Of a stretch of 64,000 nucleotides of DNA, positions 1-10,847 are shown piece by piece (within the stretch, counting starts at the first letter, position 1; each line of letters opens with the position of its first letter). The position numbers and the translations under genes were made by a program. Source of the DNA: Nymphaea colorata (Eukaryota); contig NC_045138.2 of NCBI RefSeq assembly GCF_008831285.2, forward strand, positions 4,898,001-4,962,000. Reading direction: 5' to 3'. Under the pieces are notes generated by a model, which worked only from the letters and a program-made list of their open reading frames with translations, was not told where the DNA came from and searched no databases.

Positions 1-549
1 CCGAGACTCAGTCTGGGTCTGTTGAGTCGAGCTCGACCTGACCTTGTACAGCTCAACTAGAATGCAAGCCCATCATTGACTTGGTACATTCAGGGGACAC
101 TCTTTGACTTAATCAAACATACAAATTAACCTGGTCGTTGCACATCGTTGTTTTTTGAGAACGTATTCAAACACAAACTTAACTTTTCATTATCGATAAG
201 TGTCTCCCTGTTTGACCCGTTTATCTTTGAGCGATTAATAATGCATACAAGGATCAAAGAACCGACTTAATCAGCTAATATATGTCAATTTAAATTGATT
301 CAAAACTACCTGTTATGATGGAAATTTAACAAATTAAGCCTACCCAAATGGGTGGTGGATCAATATATACATGTGTGTGTGTGTGTGTGTGTGGAGAGAG
401 AGAGATTGAAACTTTAAACTTTGATTTGTGACAAGAATTAAAACCTAAACTTTCTTCTTTTAGACTGCAACATGAAAAGCAAGAACTATTGCTCCAATGG
501 AAGTAACTTACCTGGTCGGTCCGGTAGGCTAGTGAGAATGATTTTGGTC

Positions 550-2997
550 TTTTTGCTGGGCAAAACAAATTTGACCCTCCTTTTGATAAAAAAAACCTCC
601 TTTTAGAGGGCGATTTTAGTCTTTTTGGATGGACAAAGGACAAACTCATTTTGAAAAAAAAAATATTTTTATAAGCTTAATGGCCAATCATACCCATTTT
701 CAAACCATTTCTTTCTCTAAATAATTCAAAATTATGTGAAATTTGAGTGAAAATGAGGTGAAATTCAAAAAAAAATCAAATTTAGGGTTTTGGCTCCAAA
801 ATTCTCTATAAATATTCTCAACTTCCCCCCCTCCCCCCTTTTGGGCAAGAGTGGCCCTTGGGAGAAAACCTAGAGTATTCTCACATGAAGACTTAGGGTT
901 TCTCTTGAGCTCTCTCTCTCTCCCTCTTCCTCTTTCCATTTCTCTACAATTTGGAGCTAGCTACAACTCTTCAAGAGAGCACCAATGACCCCTTGGAGGA
1001 CTCATCTTTATCATCACGGAGCTTCATTGAAGGTGAGTTCGAGTTTATTTCAAGGATGATTGTTTATTTTCCCTAAGTCATTTTCTCATTTAGAGGTATG
1101 TAATCATCATCACTTTCATTTTTTCTTTCCTCTCTTCTTCCTCTCCTCATGGCCAAAAGAGATAGCTCTCAACTCTATTTTAGAACTAAGAGGCTATACT
1201 CAAGTACACCGAGAGCATGGAAAATGATATGATCATTCATTTTATGATTAGCTCATTTTTTTTTCTCTTATTGAATGTAGCATTTTGCTTTTCTTTCCTC
1301 TATTCTTCATCTTTCCATGGCCAAAGGAGATAGTACTCAATCTCTATTATAGAGACAAGAGACTATGCTCGAGTGCACCGAGAGCATGAGAGGATGAGAT
1401 GATATTTTATTTTATGATGCTCTTTCAAATGTTCTTGATGTTGTTATTTTTCTTCATTGTTATTGCTATTTCTATTTCTTGAATATATTTTTGTTGTCTT
1501 TCTCATTTTATTTTCTCTTTTTATTTTTCATCTCCTCATGGCCAAAGGAGATAACACTCAATCTCTATTATAGAGACAAGAGGTTATGCTCGAGTGTACC
1601 GGGAGCATGGAAAATAAGAGGGAATATCATTTCCTCTATCTCTCTCTATTTCTCTCTTTTTCTCTCTATCTCTCTATATCTTTCTTTCTCAACCTTTCTC
1701 TCTCTCTACGTTTTTCTCTCTCTCTCCACCTCTCTCTCTCTCTATGTCTTTCTCTCTCTATCGTACTCTCTCTCTCTTCCCTCTCCGTTATGCTCTCCCT
1801 CTCCCTTTTTCCTTCCTTGAATGTTGTCGATATATTATCAATGCATGATATTCTAATCTTCTATTTACATACCAATGAACGGTGAGAATGAGGGTATGGC
1901 TTGGACCTCTTTATTTTCATATTAATTTTTGAGATTGGGGCTTGTCCAACCCGGAGAAACCATCACGAAAATGTACATGTTAAAATGCATTTGCATGTCA
2001 TTTTACGTTAGTTTCTTTCCTAATCACCTCATTATGAACCCTAAAGAGTGTCTCGATGTGTTGTTAGATTTTCTTTCATATACCCAACGGTGGAAGAAAC
2101 ATATTCCCTTGTAACCAAACCATAATATTCTATGTTTTTATGCAAATCATATTTTCCAAAACATTTTCAAAAGAAATCTCTCTAATGCGGCCTTGGAGAC
2201 TTAGCTTAGGCTCTTTATATCCCTCTTAGGATGTAGTCCTTCATCTTTTCCATTCTTTCAATATCTTACCATTTATGATTTTAATTTTTTATTTGCCGAC
2301 TCAATCAAGACCACAAACCAAGTAATGACTCAATATTGGATCCATATTTGATGGTCTACAACCCCAATCTATTTTCAAAAAAATTTCCTTCATATATATG
2401 CTATTTACAAAAACAAAAATCTTAGATGTATGTTATGGTAGGAATGCATCTAGATGAATGTTATGGTAGGAATGAATGATTTTCTCTTTCAATCATATAG
2501 GATCAATGCATTCATTCATTTTTACTCACTTAATGTCACGTATGATCACAAGCACCTCTCTAAAAGAACTTAAGCAAAATGAGATGAAACTCTAACCAGG
2601 TGGTAACCGAATTAGAGCAATATCTCAAACCTATTTAATGTCTTAAGAGAACACTAAAATGATTTCAAAATGACTTTTCAAGCTTTCCAATGATATTCAC
2701 AAGGATTTCCTTCTAGTTTTCCCAAAACATTTCACATTCTCAAGCAACTCTTCAAGAACCTTTTCAAAAGCTTGAAACATTAAACTTCTATACCGCATAT
2801 AAAATCAAAGAGATGTTCAAGTTAAAATGAAATGCATCAATAATAAACATAGCCCTTGGGTTGATTACCCCTGGTAAAGACACCGGGAACAGTCGACCCT
2901 CGTACCGACGGGCGAGTCTCTTTCTTTCCTATTTCAAAACAAAAACTCATTGTTTTGGAGCATTCCAAAACCAACCAAAAATTTTGGAATGCAAACA
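550..2997 (+). mobile_element. Ogre/Tat-family Ty3/gypsy LTR (3' or solo LTR; left boundary uncertain) inserted into a copia RT gene
   Basis: Colinear similarity to the LTR at 17687-20049 and to 22250-24370. Ends ...aaaattttggaatgcaaaCA at 2997 and is followed directly by copia RT sequence with no PBS. Confidence 0.8.
807..813 (+). promoter_or_regulatory. Putative TATA box of the LTR promoter
   Basis: ctcTATAAATa followed by CT-rich sequence and a consensus splice donor AAG|GTGAGT at 1033. Equivalent ctctttatatag lies near 22358 in the paralogous LTR. Confidence 0.5.
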
Positions 2998-5900
2998 GTT
3001 CCCATGTAGCTAGTTTCTTTGAGGAGATTTAGAGTGTACTTTCTCTGACAGATGAACACTCCTTTATCAGATTGTGCTAGTTCAATGCCAAAACAGTATC
3101 TCAATTTTCTTAAGTCGTTTATCGCGAATTCCATTTTGAGATAGTATTTTACTCGTGTCACGTTTTGTATGTCATCTCCCGTTATTATAATATCAGCCAC
3201 ATAAACTAGTAATATAGTAATCTTTCAAGTACGACTGTAGATAAACATGGTATAGTCAGACGTGCTTTTGAAAAACCAATTCTCACAAGAGCCTCACTAA
3301 GTCGGGAGAACCATGCCTGGGGGATTGTATTAATCCATATAGAGCCTTTTTCAATTTACACACATACCTTTTTTCATTTTGAATGCCTTCTGGTGCTTCC
3401 AAAAACAACTTCATTTAAGTCGCCATGTAGGAACACATTTTTTACATCCAATTGCATAAGTTCCCACCTTTTGTTTGATGCTACTGAGAGTGATATTCTG
3501 AGAGAGCTCATTTTGGCAACTGGGACGAATGTTTCGTTATAATCAATTCCTTCAGTTTGCGTAAATCCCTTTGCAACCAATCTTGCTTTGAACCTCTCGA
3601 TAGATTCATCGCTCCTGTATTTTATTCGGTACACCCACTTGCACCCAACAACCTTTTCTCCTTCTGGTAGAGACACCATTTCCCACGTGTGGTTCTTTTG
3701 TAGTGCTTTTAGTTCTTCTTTCATAGTGTCTCTCCATCTTGGATCCATGTTTGCCTGCAAAAAATTCTTAGGCTCTTCAGGGTGGTAAGTATTCAATACA
3801 TAATCTCGATATCGTTTTGACAAATTTTTAAACGTTAGATAATCATCAATGGAATGAATTTTGTGAAAAGATAAGTATGTATGTAAATCATTTAGCCTGG
3901 TTGGGGGTTTGGTGGATCTAGACGATCTTCGTAATGGCTGCTCGATCAGGACTTCTTGACCTTTGAGCCATTTCATCATCTTGAGGATTAGCAGTGCTAT
4001 TAACTTCATTGGACTGAGGAGGATGTTGATCATCATTGCTTTGATTTTGGTTCTCACGAAATTGATCGTCATTGGGGTGCTTACTTACATTGTTAGGGAT
4101 GTTCACCAATGGTTGTCGAAGACTAATGTCAACAAATTTTTGTTGTTTTCTCTCTCCTTGAGTACTATTCTCATAAAATGGTTCAACTTTATGTCACGAG
4201 TAACAAAGAATTTTTTCAAATGGGGTTCATAACATTTGAACCCTTTCTTTTTACTTGAATATCCAAGAAAAATACATTTCATAACTCTTTTTTCTAATTT
4301 ATTCCTAAATTTTTCTTGGACATGGACAACACATTTGCATCCAAAAACTTTTTAATAGAAACTGATTTTTTAAGAAGCAGCTGAATTATTGGAATTTGAT
4401 CGTTAATGCTCGAATTGGGTATTCTATTTGCTATATAACATATGGTTCCTATTGCTTCAGACCAAAAATAGATGGGGACATTCATGTTCATCATTAGGGA
4501 CCCAGCAATATTAAGCAATTGTCGATTCTTACGTTTGACGACTCCATTCTATTGGGGAGTACCGGCACAAGTGAGTTGAGGTAATATGCCTTTCTTTTTC
4601 ATGAAATCATCAAGAACTTGATTGACATACTCTCCTCCATTATCAAACCTTAATTTTTTTATTTTGGTCTCATATTGTGTGTAAACAAGCTCATAATATT
4701 CTTCAAAAGTTTTGGCAACATCACTCTTATTTTTGAGAAAATAAAGCCAAGTCATGTGAGTTTTATCATCAATAAAAGAAATATAGTATTTATATCTAAA
4801 ATGAGACTCGACTAGGGTTGGGCCCCAAACATCAGAATGAATTAAATAAAAAAATTAGCAGACCTTTCTCTAGAGTTTTGACAAGGTAATTTAGTTGATT
4901 TTGAGAATTCGCAAGCATCACAAGAATAATCATTAGATTTGACATGTGGAACAAACGACCTACCAGAAAGATGACCGAGCCGAGAGTGCCATAATTTGTA
5001 CTCAGATGTCTTTTCTGCTCGAGCCGAGAAAACCAGCATCAATGTTGTCCAGGAATATAGAGCACACAAGATTTTTTATTTGATCAAGATTCTCCAATGC
5101 CTTCTATAGCAATGGGTGTGCCATCAGCCGTGAACACATGACGATTTTTTTCAAGATTAAGATCAACTATTTCAGAGGGATCACCGGTCATGTGATCGGT
5201 GGCCCCAGAGTCAATAATTCATCCTAAATTTTTTGAATGAGTAATGAGAGCATGGTGCGTACCTTCAGACGAATTTTCAATGGGCTGAGTGGGACCAGAT
5301 TTGTCTTAGGAAAATGCTGAAAAAAAATTTCCAGCTCCTCACGTGTAATGAAATTTGCTGTGTTGGACGGCTTCCCATTTAACTCCTAACATTTTTCTCT
5401 AGTGTGTACAGCTTTTTTGCAATATGAACATTTAAAGCTATTCCTTTCTTTCTGCATGATGGTAACATTTCCACTGCCTTTGATATTAGGTCTAGAATTG
5501 TTAGGCAGCGGCTCAAAACAAGTTTGGTATGCTATCTTTTCGCTTGTTTCTTCAGCAGTTAGATTTTTCTTTTCCAGATTCATAACCTTCCGGCGAGCAA
5601 CCTCTCTTTGTATGGTTTGACAAACTTGATTAAAGTTTTGCAAAGGATTTGTCATAAGTAATTGACTCCTAACGCACTCGAATTCAACACCAAGTCCACC
5701 AAGGAAACAGAAGATTCTATCCTCTTCCAAACGTTGTCTATACACATTTGGATCAGTTGTAGCAGGGTGATATTGCATTAATTCCTCCCTTAGACTACGG
5801 TGTGGCTGAGATAAGATTGTATCAACTCGTCTCCCATTGAGATATGAACAAGTTCTAGTTGAATTTGACAAACTCTAGCCAAACTATTTTATTCCCATCT

Positions 5901-6249
5901 ACTTCTTTTAATGTATCCCAAATATCTTAGTCATTTCATGATAAACAGGCATATTTGAAACACTCGGTTCCAATTAATTTATTAACCAAGACGTAACTAA
6001 ATCATTTTCAGATTGTCATTCATCAAATTTTAGGTCAGATATGTCTGGAGCGGAGATCTTATCGTTAACGTAGCCAATTTTTGATCGCCCACTAAGAAAA
6101 AGTCTTGCTGCTTTGGCCCATCCTAGATAGTTGGATCTGTTTAGAAAAGTCGTGGTGATCTTCAAGGTGTTGTTCTGATCAGCCATAGCCTTTTTTACAC
6201 CGTCACTTGAGTTGCTGCCTTGATCTCCATTGATATGAGATTCAGCCAT
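2998..6249 (-). pseudogene. Degenerate Ty1/copia gag-pol (gag, zinc knuckle, protease, GAG-pre-integrase, integrase, RT; truncated within RT)
   Basis: Fragments in copia order: NYLGWAKAARLFLSGRSKIGYV (gag), CSYCKKAVHTREKC, IIDSGATDHMTG (~5185-5220), LWHSRLGH, KLRFDNGGEY/FWSEAI (integrase), [34 protein letters not shown] and ADIIITGDD (RT). Many stops and frameshifts. Confidence 0.95.
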
Positions 6250-6284
6250 GGTGGAGAAGACTGAATACCAAGATCACAAATGAT

Positions 6285-6570
6285 GCTCTCGTACCATATT
6301 AAGTTGAGGCAAAAACAGAGAATGTACAGAAAACACAGCAACAAGATTTTACATGGTTCAGCTTAGATGCCTATATTTTCACACATTGGTAGAGATTACA
6401 ACTGTTGTTTAAATAGCACTTCAATACAACGGTTAGAAAGGCAAGGAAGGTAGGTTGGGCAGAATGGAGTCTTTCTAAAATTTACATTTTCCTTAGATGA
6501 CTCCAACGTTCTCTTTTCCAACGTTCTCCTCAACGGTCCTTGATCTCCACCAATCTTGCATGAAATTCCA
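6285..6570 (-). mobile_element. Copia PBS (tRNA-Met type, degenerate) and adjacent 5' LTR; distal LTR end approximate
   Basis: Minus strand TGGTACGAGAGC at 6285-6296 resembles TGGTATCAGAGC and lies just upstream of the gag ATG at 6249. LTR-like sequence follows from 6297. Confidence 0.5.
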
Positions 6571-7929
6571 AGCATCAGGCTCGACGTTGATGATCATTCC
6601 AATGCTTTACTCTCTGCTCCCATCTTGTCAGTCTTATCAGTATTGACTGAAACTTTGATTAACTTTGAAAAAGCGTATTTGCAAACTTGTTGAATCAGGT
6701 AATAAGTACTCTTGTGCCAAGAGGGATGTACCCACCGTTCGAATCGTAAATCTGTGCTGAAGATTTTTTGTTGGATCAAAGATTCTCCTCACCTGCGGCC
6801 TCCCCAAAAGTATAGTCGTCCACTCAACTATAATTTTTATCTTGGAAGCTTCATTCTTGTGTAACTGTTGTGACAAGGAAGTCCTTGTTCACCGTTGCAG
6901 CAGGAACTAATTGATTCATTTTTACCTTGAACGCAACCCACTAGAGGGTTGGAGTACTATCTTATAAGAACTTCAAGCTGTTAAAGGAAAGTTAAAAAGT
7001 TTATGGTAGCGGTAGCTGCTGGGTTACTGGTGGCAGAGGATGGGATGCCATGAGAAAATAGTTTTCGATCAGCAATTGTCGTGCAGCCTCAGTTTTACCT
7101 CACTAGGTGCATCTTTGGGTATTCAATAACCTTAACTAAAGGTTCCAAACTGATCGAACTTCCATACTTAGCTGCACCGCTTCAGCGATGGAGATGCTTT
7201 GGTGCCACAGTTTTTCTTTTTTGGCTGAGGACCTAGGTATAAACCATCTGTCCCCCATTATTTATTCCAAGATTTGGCCCATACAAGGCCGGTGGCATTG
7301 GCCTTATCGATCAAGAGACCGAGTTACGTGCATTATCCTAGCGTACGTAACGAACGTACGTCGAAGGTGGACCCTACTATCAACATGTGAACATAAAGGG
7401 TCAGGTATCAAAACAACTTTTTATTATTTTTACATATTATAAATGGAGAAATTTTTCAATGGAAATTAATTACTCTTGTAAGACTCAAACTTGACTTAAC
7501 TGGCTGAAAGAGTTGACCTAGGCAGCTCAAGCTCAGCTCGTCTAGCGAATGACTTAGCACGACCTTGAACTCAGGCCAAGCTTTAACAAGGCAAGCTCAA
7601 GTTACTTGGCTTGTTTTTTTAACGCCATTGATGTCTCTAGTTTCTTGTAGAAGCTTGATGACGCATGAAATTACATATACAAAGGTGACATATATAACCA
7701 ACTTCGATCGACCGGGGAAATGGCAAAGGATTGAAGTCAGTAGGACAAAGGCATTGTTCATTTCATTGTGATCGTATTTTCTCTTTTGTCAAGGGTAATT
7801 TTGTCTTAATAAAAAAGAAAATTCATTTTCCCATTTTGTCTTTTTCTCAGAGTTTCTTTAGCGCTTATTAAGTTCAATTCGATGGACCATTGGATTGACA
7901 ATAAAACGACTTTTGGGAGATAGGCTCCC

Positions 7930-9815
7930 TTCCATTTATTGAAGAAAAATTAATATATGTACAAGAAGAAAAAAGATGTACAAAATGTTGATCATCAGCT
8001 ACAAAAAGAGTTAAAAAAACTCAGGCACGCATAACTCATCATCTGCCCCTAAACCAAAGCCAAATGGCCAAACTACCATCAGAGTAGCTGCTCCTGATTA
8101 AAAAGCAAAAGACATTAACCACAACAGTAGTTGTAGAGCTTAGATAGCATTAGCCACCATCATCCCTCCCATCTCTTTCCCATATTGACGCATCTGCTCA
8201 CCAGCCTCTATTGTAGCCAGTTGGCAAAGTACCCTTAAACGTTGGCTGATTGTCCTAATGTGTTGCCATTTTTATTAATATGCCTTCTGCCTTCCAGCAT
8301 CGCTCTGAGCCTACACTTTCAGCCTTCATTGTTCGCTATGATTTCAAAATTACCATTAATCTTTCCATAGATTGCAACCAGCCATTCAGCATGTGCAATT
8401 CAGCCTTATCGTCCCTAGAGCCAGCTTCAGTAAGAAAGGCCTCACTAGATTCTATACCTCTCAATCTCTACATGCCCATCACCTTGGTTTTTATGCCCTT
8501 CTTGTAGGTGACAATTTGAAGTACATTGGCTTCCTTGCTTAAGCCTAAGAGACTGCCCTCGCACAGGATTCCAGTCAGCAATTCGTTCATCGTCCTCCAG
8601 CTTCAGTCTTTAAAAAGCCTCCTTAGCAAGCACCAAATGTAGAGAAAATCTGTTAAGTCGTAACTATGGTCACTCTCCCATGTGCCAATTCATTTTTAGA
8701 CCACCACAACTTCCACACCATGATTGGGAATAGCAATATCCAATATTTCCTAAGTCATTTAGCCTTGAGGGGCACCTTTATACTTTGCCATAGGAGCCTA
8801 CTCTTGTCAAATTTAGAAATCACCTGCCCCACACCATTTGCAATACCGAACACTTGAGTGGGACATGCAAATTTCTCTCCTCCTCCCTTTTGCATAAGTG
8901 GCATCTGTATGCCAAATGCACTCGATGTCTTTGTAGTCTATATTGAGTGGCCAGTCTAGTGTGGCTGGCAATGTAAGTAGTCCAACTTGCTCTAGCTGAG
9001 ATGTGTCTATTACATATACCCTTTCGCCAGCTTTCCTAACTACCCTTTTGCCTTCTGGCTTCTTAGATCCACTTAGAGCTTAGATCCTTGAGTTATTGGC
9101 CATTACTAACTAGTTGAATATACCGAGTTGCGGCTAATGCCTGCTCGGCAGAGCTAGTCTTGCCTCACCATATCTTTTACCTCAGCCACTGAAAGCTTCA
9201 GCTGATCATTATGACACCATAGTCCTCCTCACTCTTTGATTTCACCAAAATTTTGTCATGCCACCAATCTGACCAGAAGAGACCAATTTGCCATCACCAA
9301 TCTTCCACCTCACCCAGTTTTCTATTTTTTTCTCAGCTTTTTCCTAAGTTTTTCCAAGCCCAAGAGTCCATCCATGGTTTTCGCACTGTCCATAAACTCT
9401 TAGATTTAAGATATCTTGCCATGTACCACTGAGCAAAGGGGGTGTCGTTAAGGAAGAGCATAGTCTGCTTGCTAGTAGAGAGTCATTAACATCCTCAAGA
9501 AAGTGTATACCAATCCTTCCTTTCGCTTTGGGCTTGCACAATGAACGTCAGGCTATTTGGTGAATATGCCAGTTGTCTTTAGTATCAGCCCAAAGGAACC
9601 GGCGATGTGCCTCTCAAGCTTCTTCAAAAGGCAAGCAGAGTTGGGATTTTCAAGGCACCATCTTCTTCTCAAATTTAGCAATCAACCCTGCACAATGCTC
9701 CAAATTTAAGTTCTCCGTAAAAAGAGGAACACCCATATACTCCAAGGGCAGCTTAACCACCTGCCAGCCACCAATGTTGGCAACTTTTGCCCTAGAAGAG
9801 CATCTACATTAAAGG
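7930..9815 (-). mobile_element. Degenerate L1-clade LINE, 3' part of ORF2 (post-RT region) plus 3' UTR
   Basis: Minus-strand translation gives LPLEYMGVPL..LIAKFEKKM and FLWAD..HQIA*RSLCKPKAKGRIGIHFLEDVNDSLLA, matching plant L1 motifs LPxKYLGxPL and WxxxCxPKxxGGLG. AATAAA on minus near 7935. Confidence 0.8.
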
Positions 9816-10189
9816 TAAAGCGAGATGATTTGGATTGAATCTGACTGATTTAAACTTACTTTTTTATACTCAATATGAACTTGTTTGAGAGGCCAACTTG
9901 GGCCGATAAATATATGAGACAATTATTTGAGAATCAGAGCATTGGCACAAACTTTGGTTGTTTGTGACTAAATGAAAAGAACAAGTACTTTCGAACTCTA
10001 TACACATTTTCGATCTGCAATGAGTTGAGACTTAAGTTAGGAATTTTTGTCAAAGAATGGGCCCATTAAATTTTTTAATTTCTAATTGCAAAGCTTCCTC
10101 AATTCAAATATTTGCATAGTCAAATAAATATAAGGAGCTTTTAGATCTGGATTCACAATAGGTACCAAATACATTTAAATATAAATAAG

Positions 10190-10289
10190 NNNNNNNNNNN
10201 NNNNNNNNNNNNNNNNNNNNNNNNNNNNNNNNNNNNNNNNNNNNNNNNNNNNNNNNNNNNNNNNNNNNNNNNNNNNNNNNNNNNNNNNN
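10190..10289. other. Assembly gap (100 N)
   Basis: Run of exactly 100 N. Confidence 1.
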
Positions 10290-10676
10290 GTCTATTCAGA
10301 AACACTGATGGATCATTGACAATATTGGAGCAATACCGTCGTTTGATCGAGCAATTGAATGAAGGAAAGATCATTTGGGATTATTGTGATCGTTCATGGG
10401 CGTACCACACTCTTGGGCCCTTACTTCATAGTCGATTATTGTGCTGATAGATGTATGAGACAGTTCTCTCAAAGGCAGAAGATGGTCTCTGTGCATGCAC
10501 CAATTGGAGCTATTTCCGAATTTGACTTTAGTTCTCCTCAATGGATGGCATTGTTTGCAGTAGCTCGACAAGAATGAAAGACACAAATATCATACACTTG
10601 GTTCATAGGCCCAGTGGTGAAGAAGGAATATGCTGAGTGGTGGGATGCCAACCGACCACCATCCATCCTTCCCTAA
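10290..10676 (+). pseudogene. C-terminal remnant of Ogre ORF1 (plant-mobile-domain-like)
   Basis: LLGPYFIVDYCADRCMRQFSQRQ...KKEYAEWW resembles the PMD-type LLG..Y...RQF..Q / EY..WW motifs and sits in the Ogre ORF1 position upstream of gag. Confidence 0.6.
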
Positions 10677-10847
10677 AAGTTTTATGTTGTCAACTTTGTA
10701 TTCCTTTTGTCGTTGTCATCTTTATTAGTATCTTTGGATGTAACTTTTAAAAACTTGTAATGCAATATGAACCTTCATTTTGTCATCATTTCCGTCCAAT
10801 AACTCTATTTTCTTATGTCATAAGGTGAATACTTGAAAGCCAATAAG

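Noticed and set aside
91..212. Inverted repeat CAGGGGACACT / AGTGTCTCCCTG as a miRNA precursor
   Set aside because: The stem is too short and matches no miRNA family I recognise; more likely a transposon remnant.
1479..1885. Ser/Leu-rich ORFs, and YIYI-rich ORFs elsewhere
   Set aside because: Translations of (CT)n and (TA)n microsatellites.
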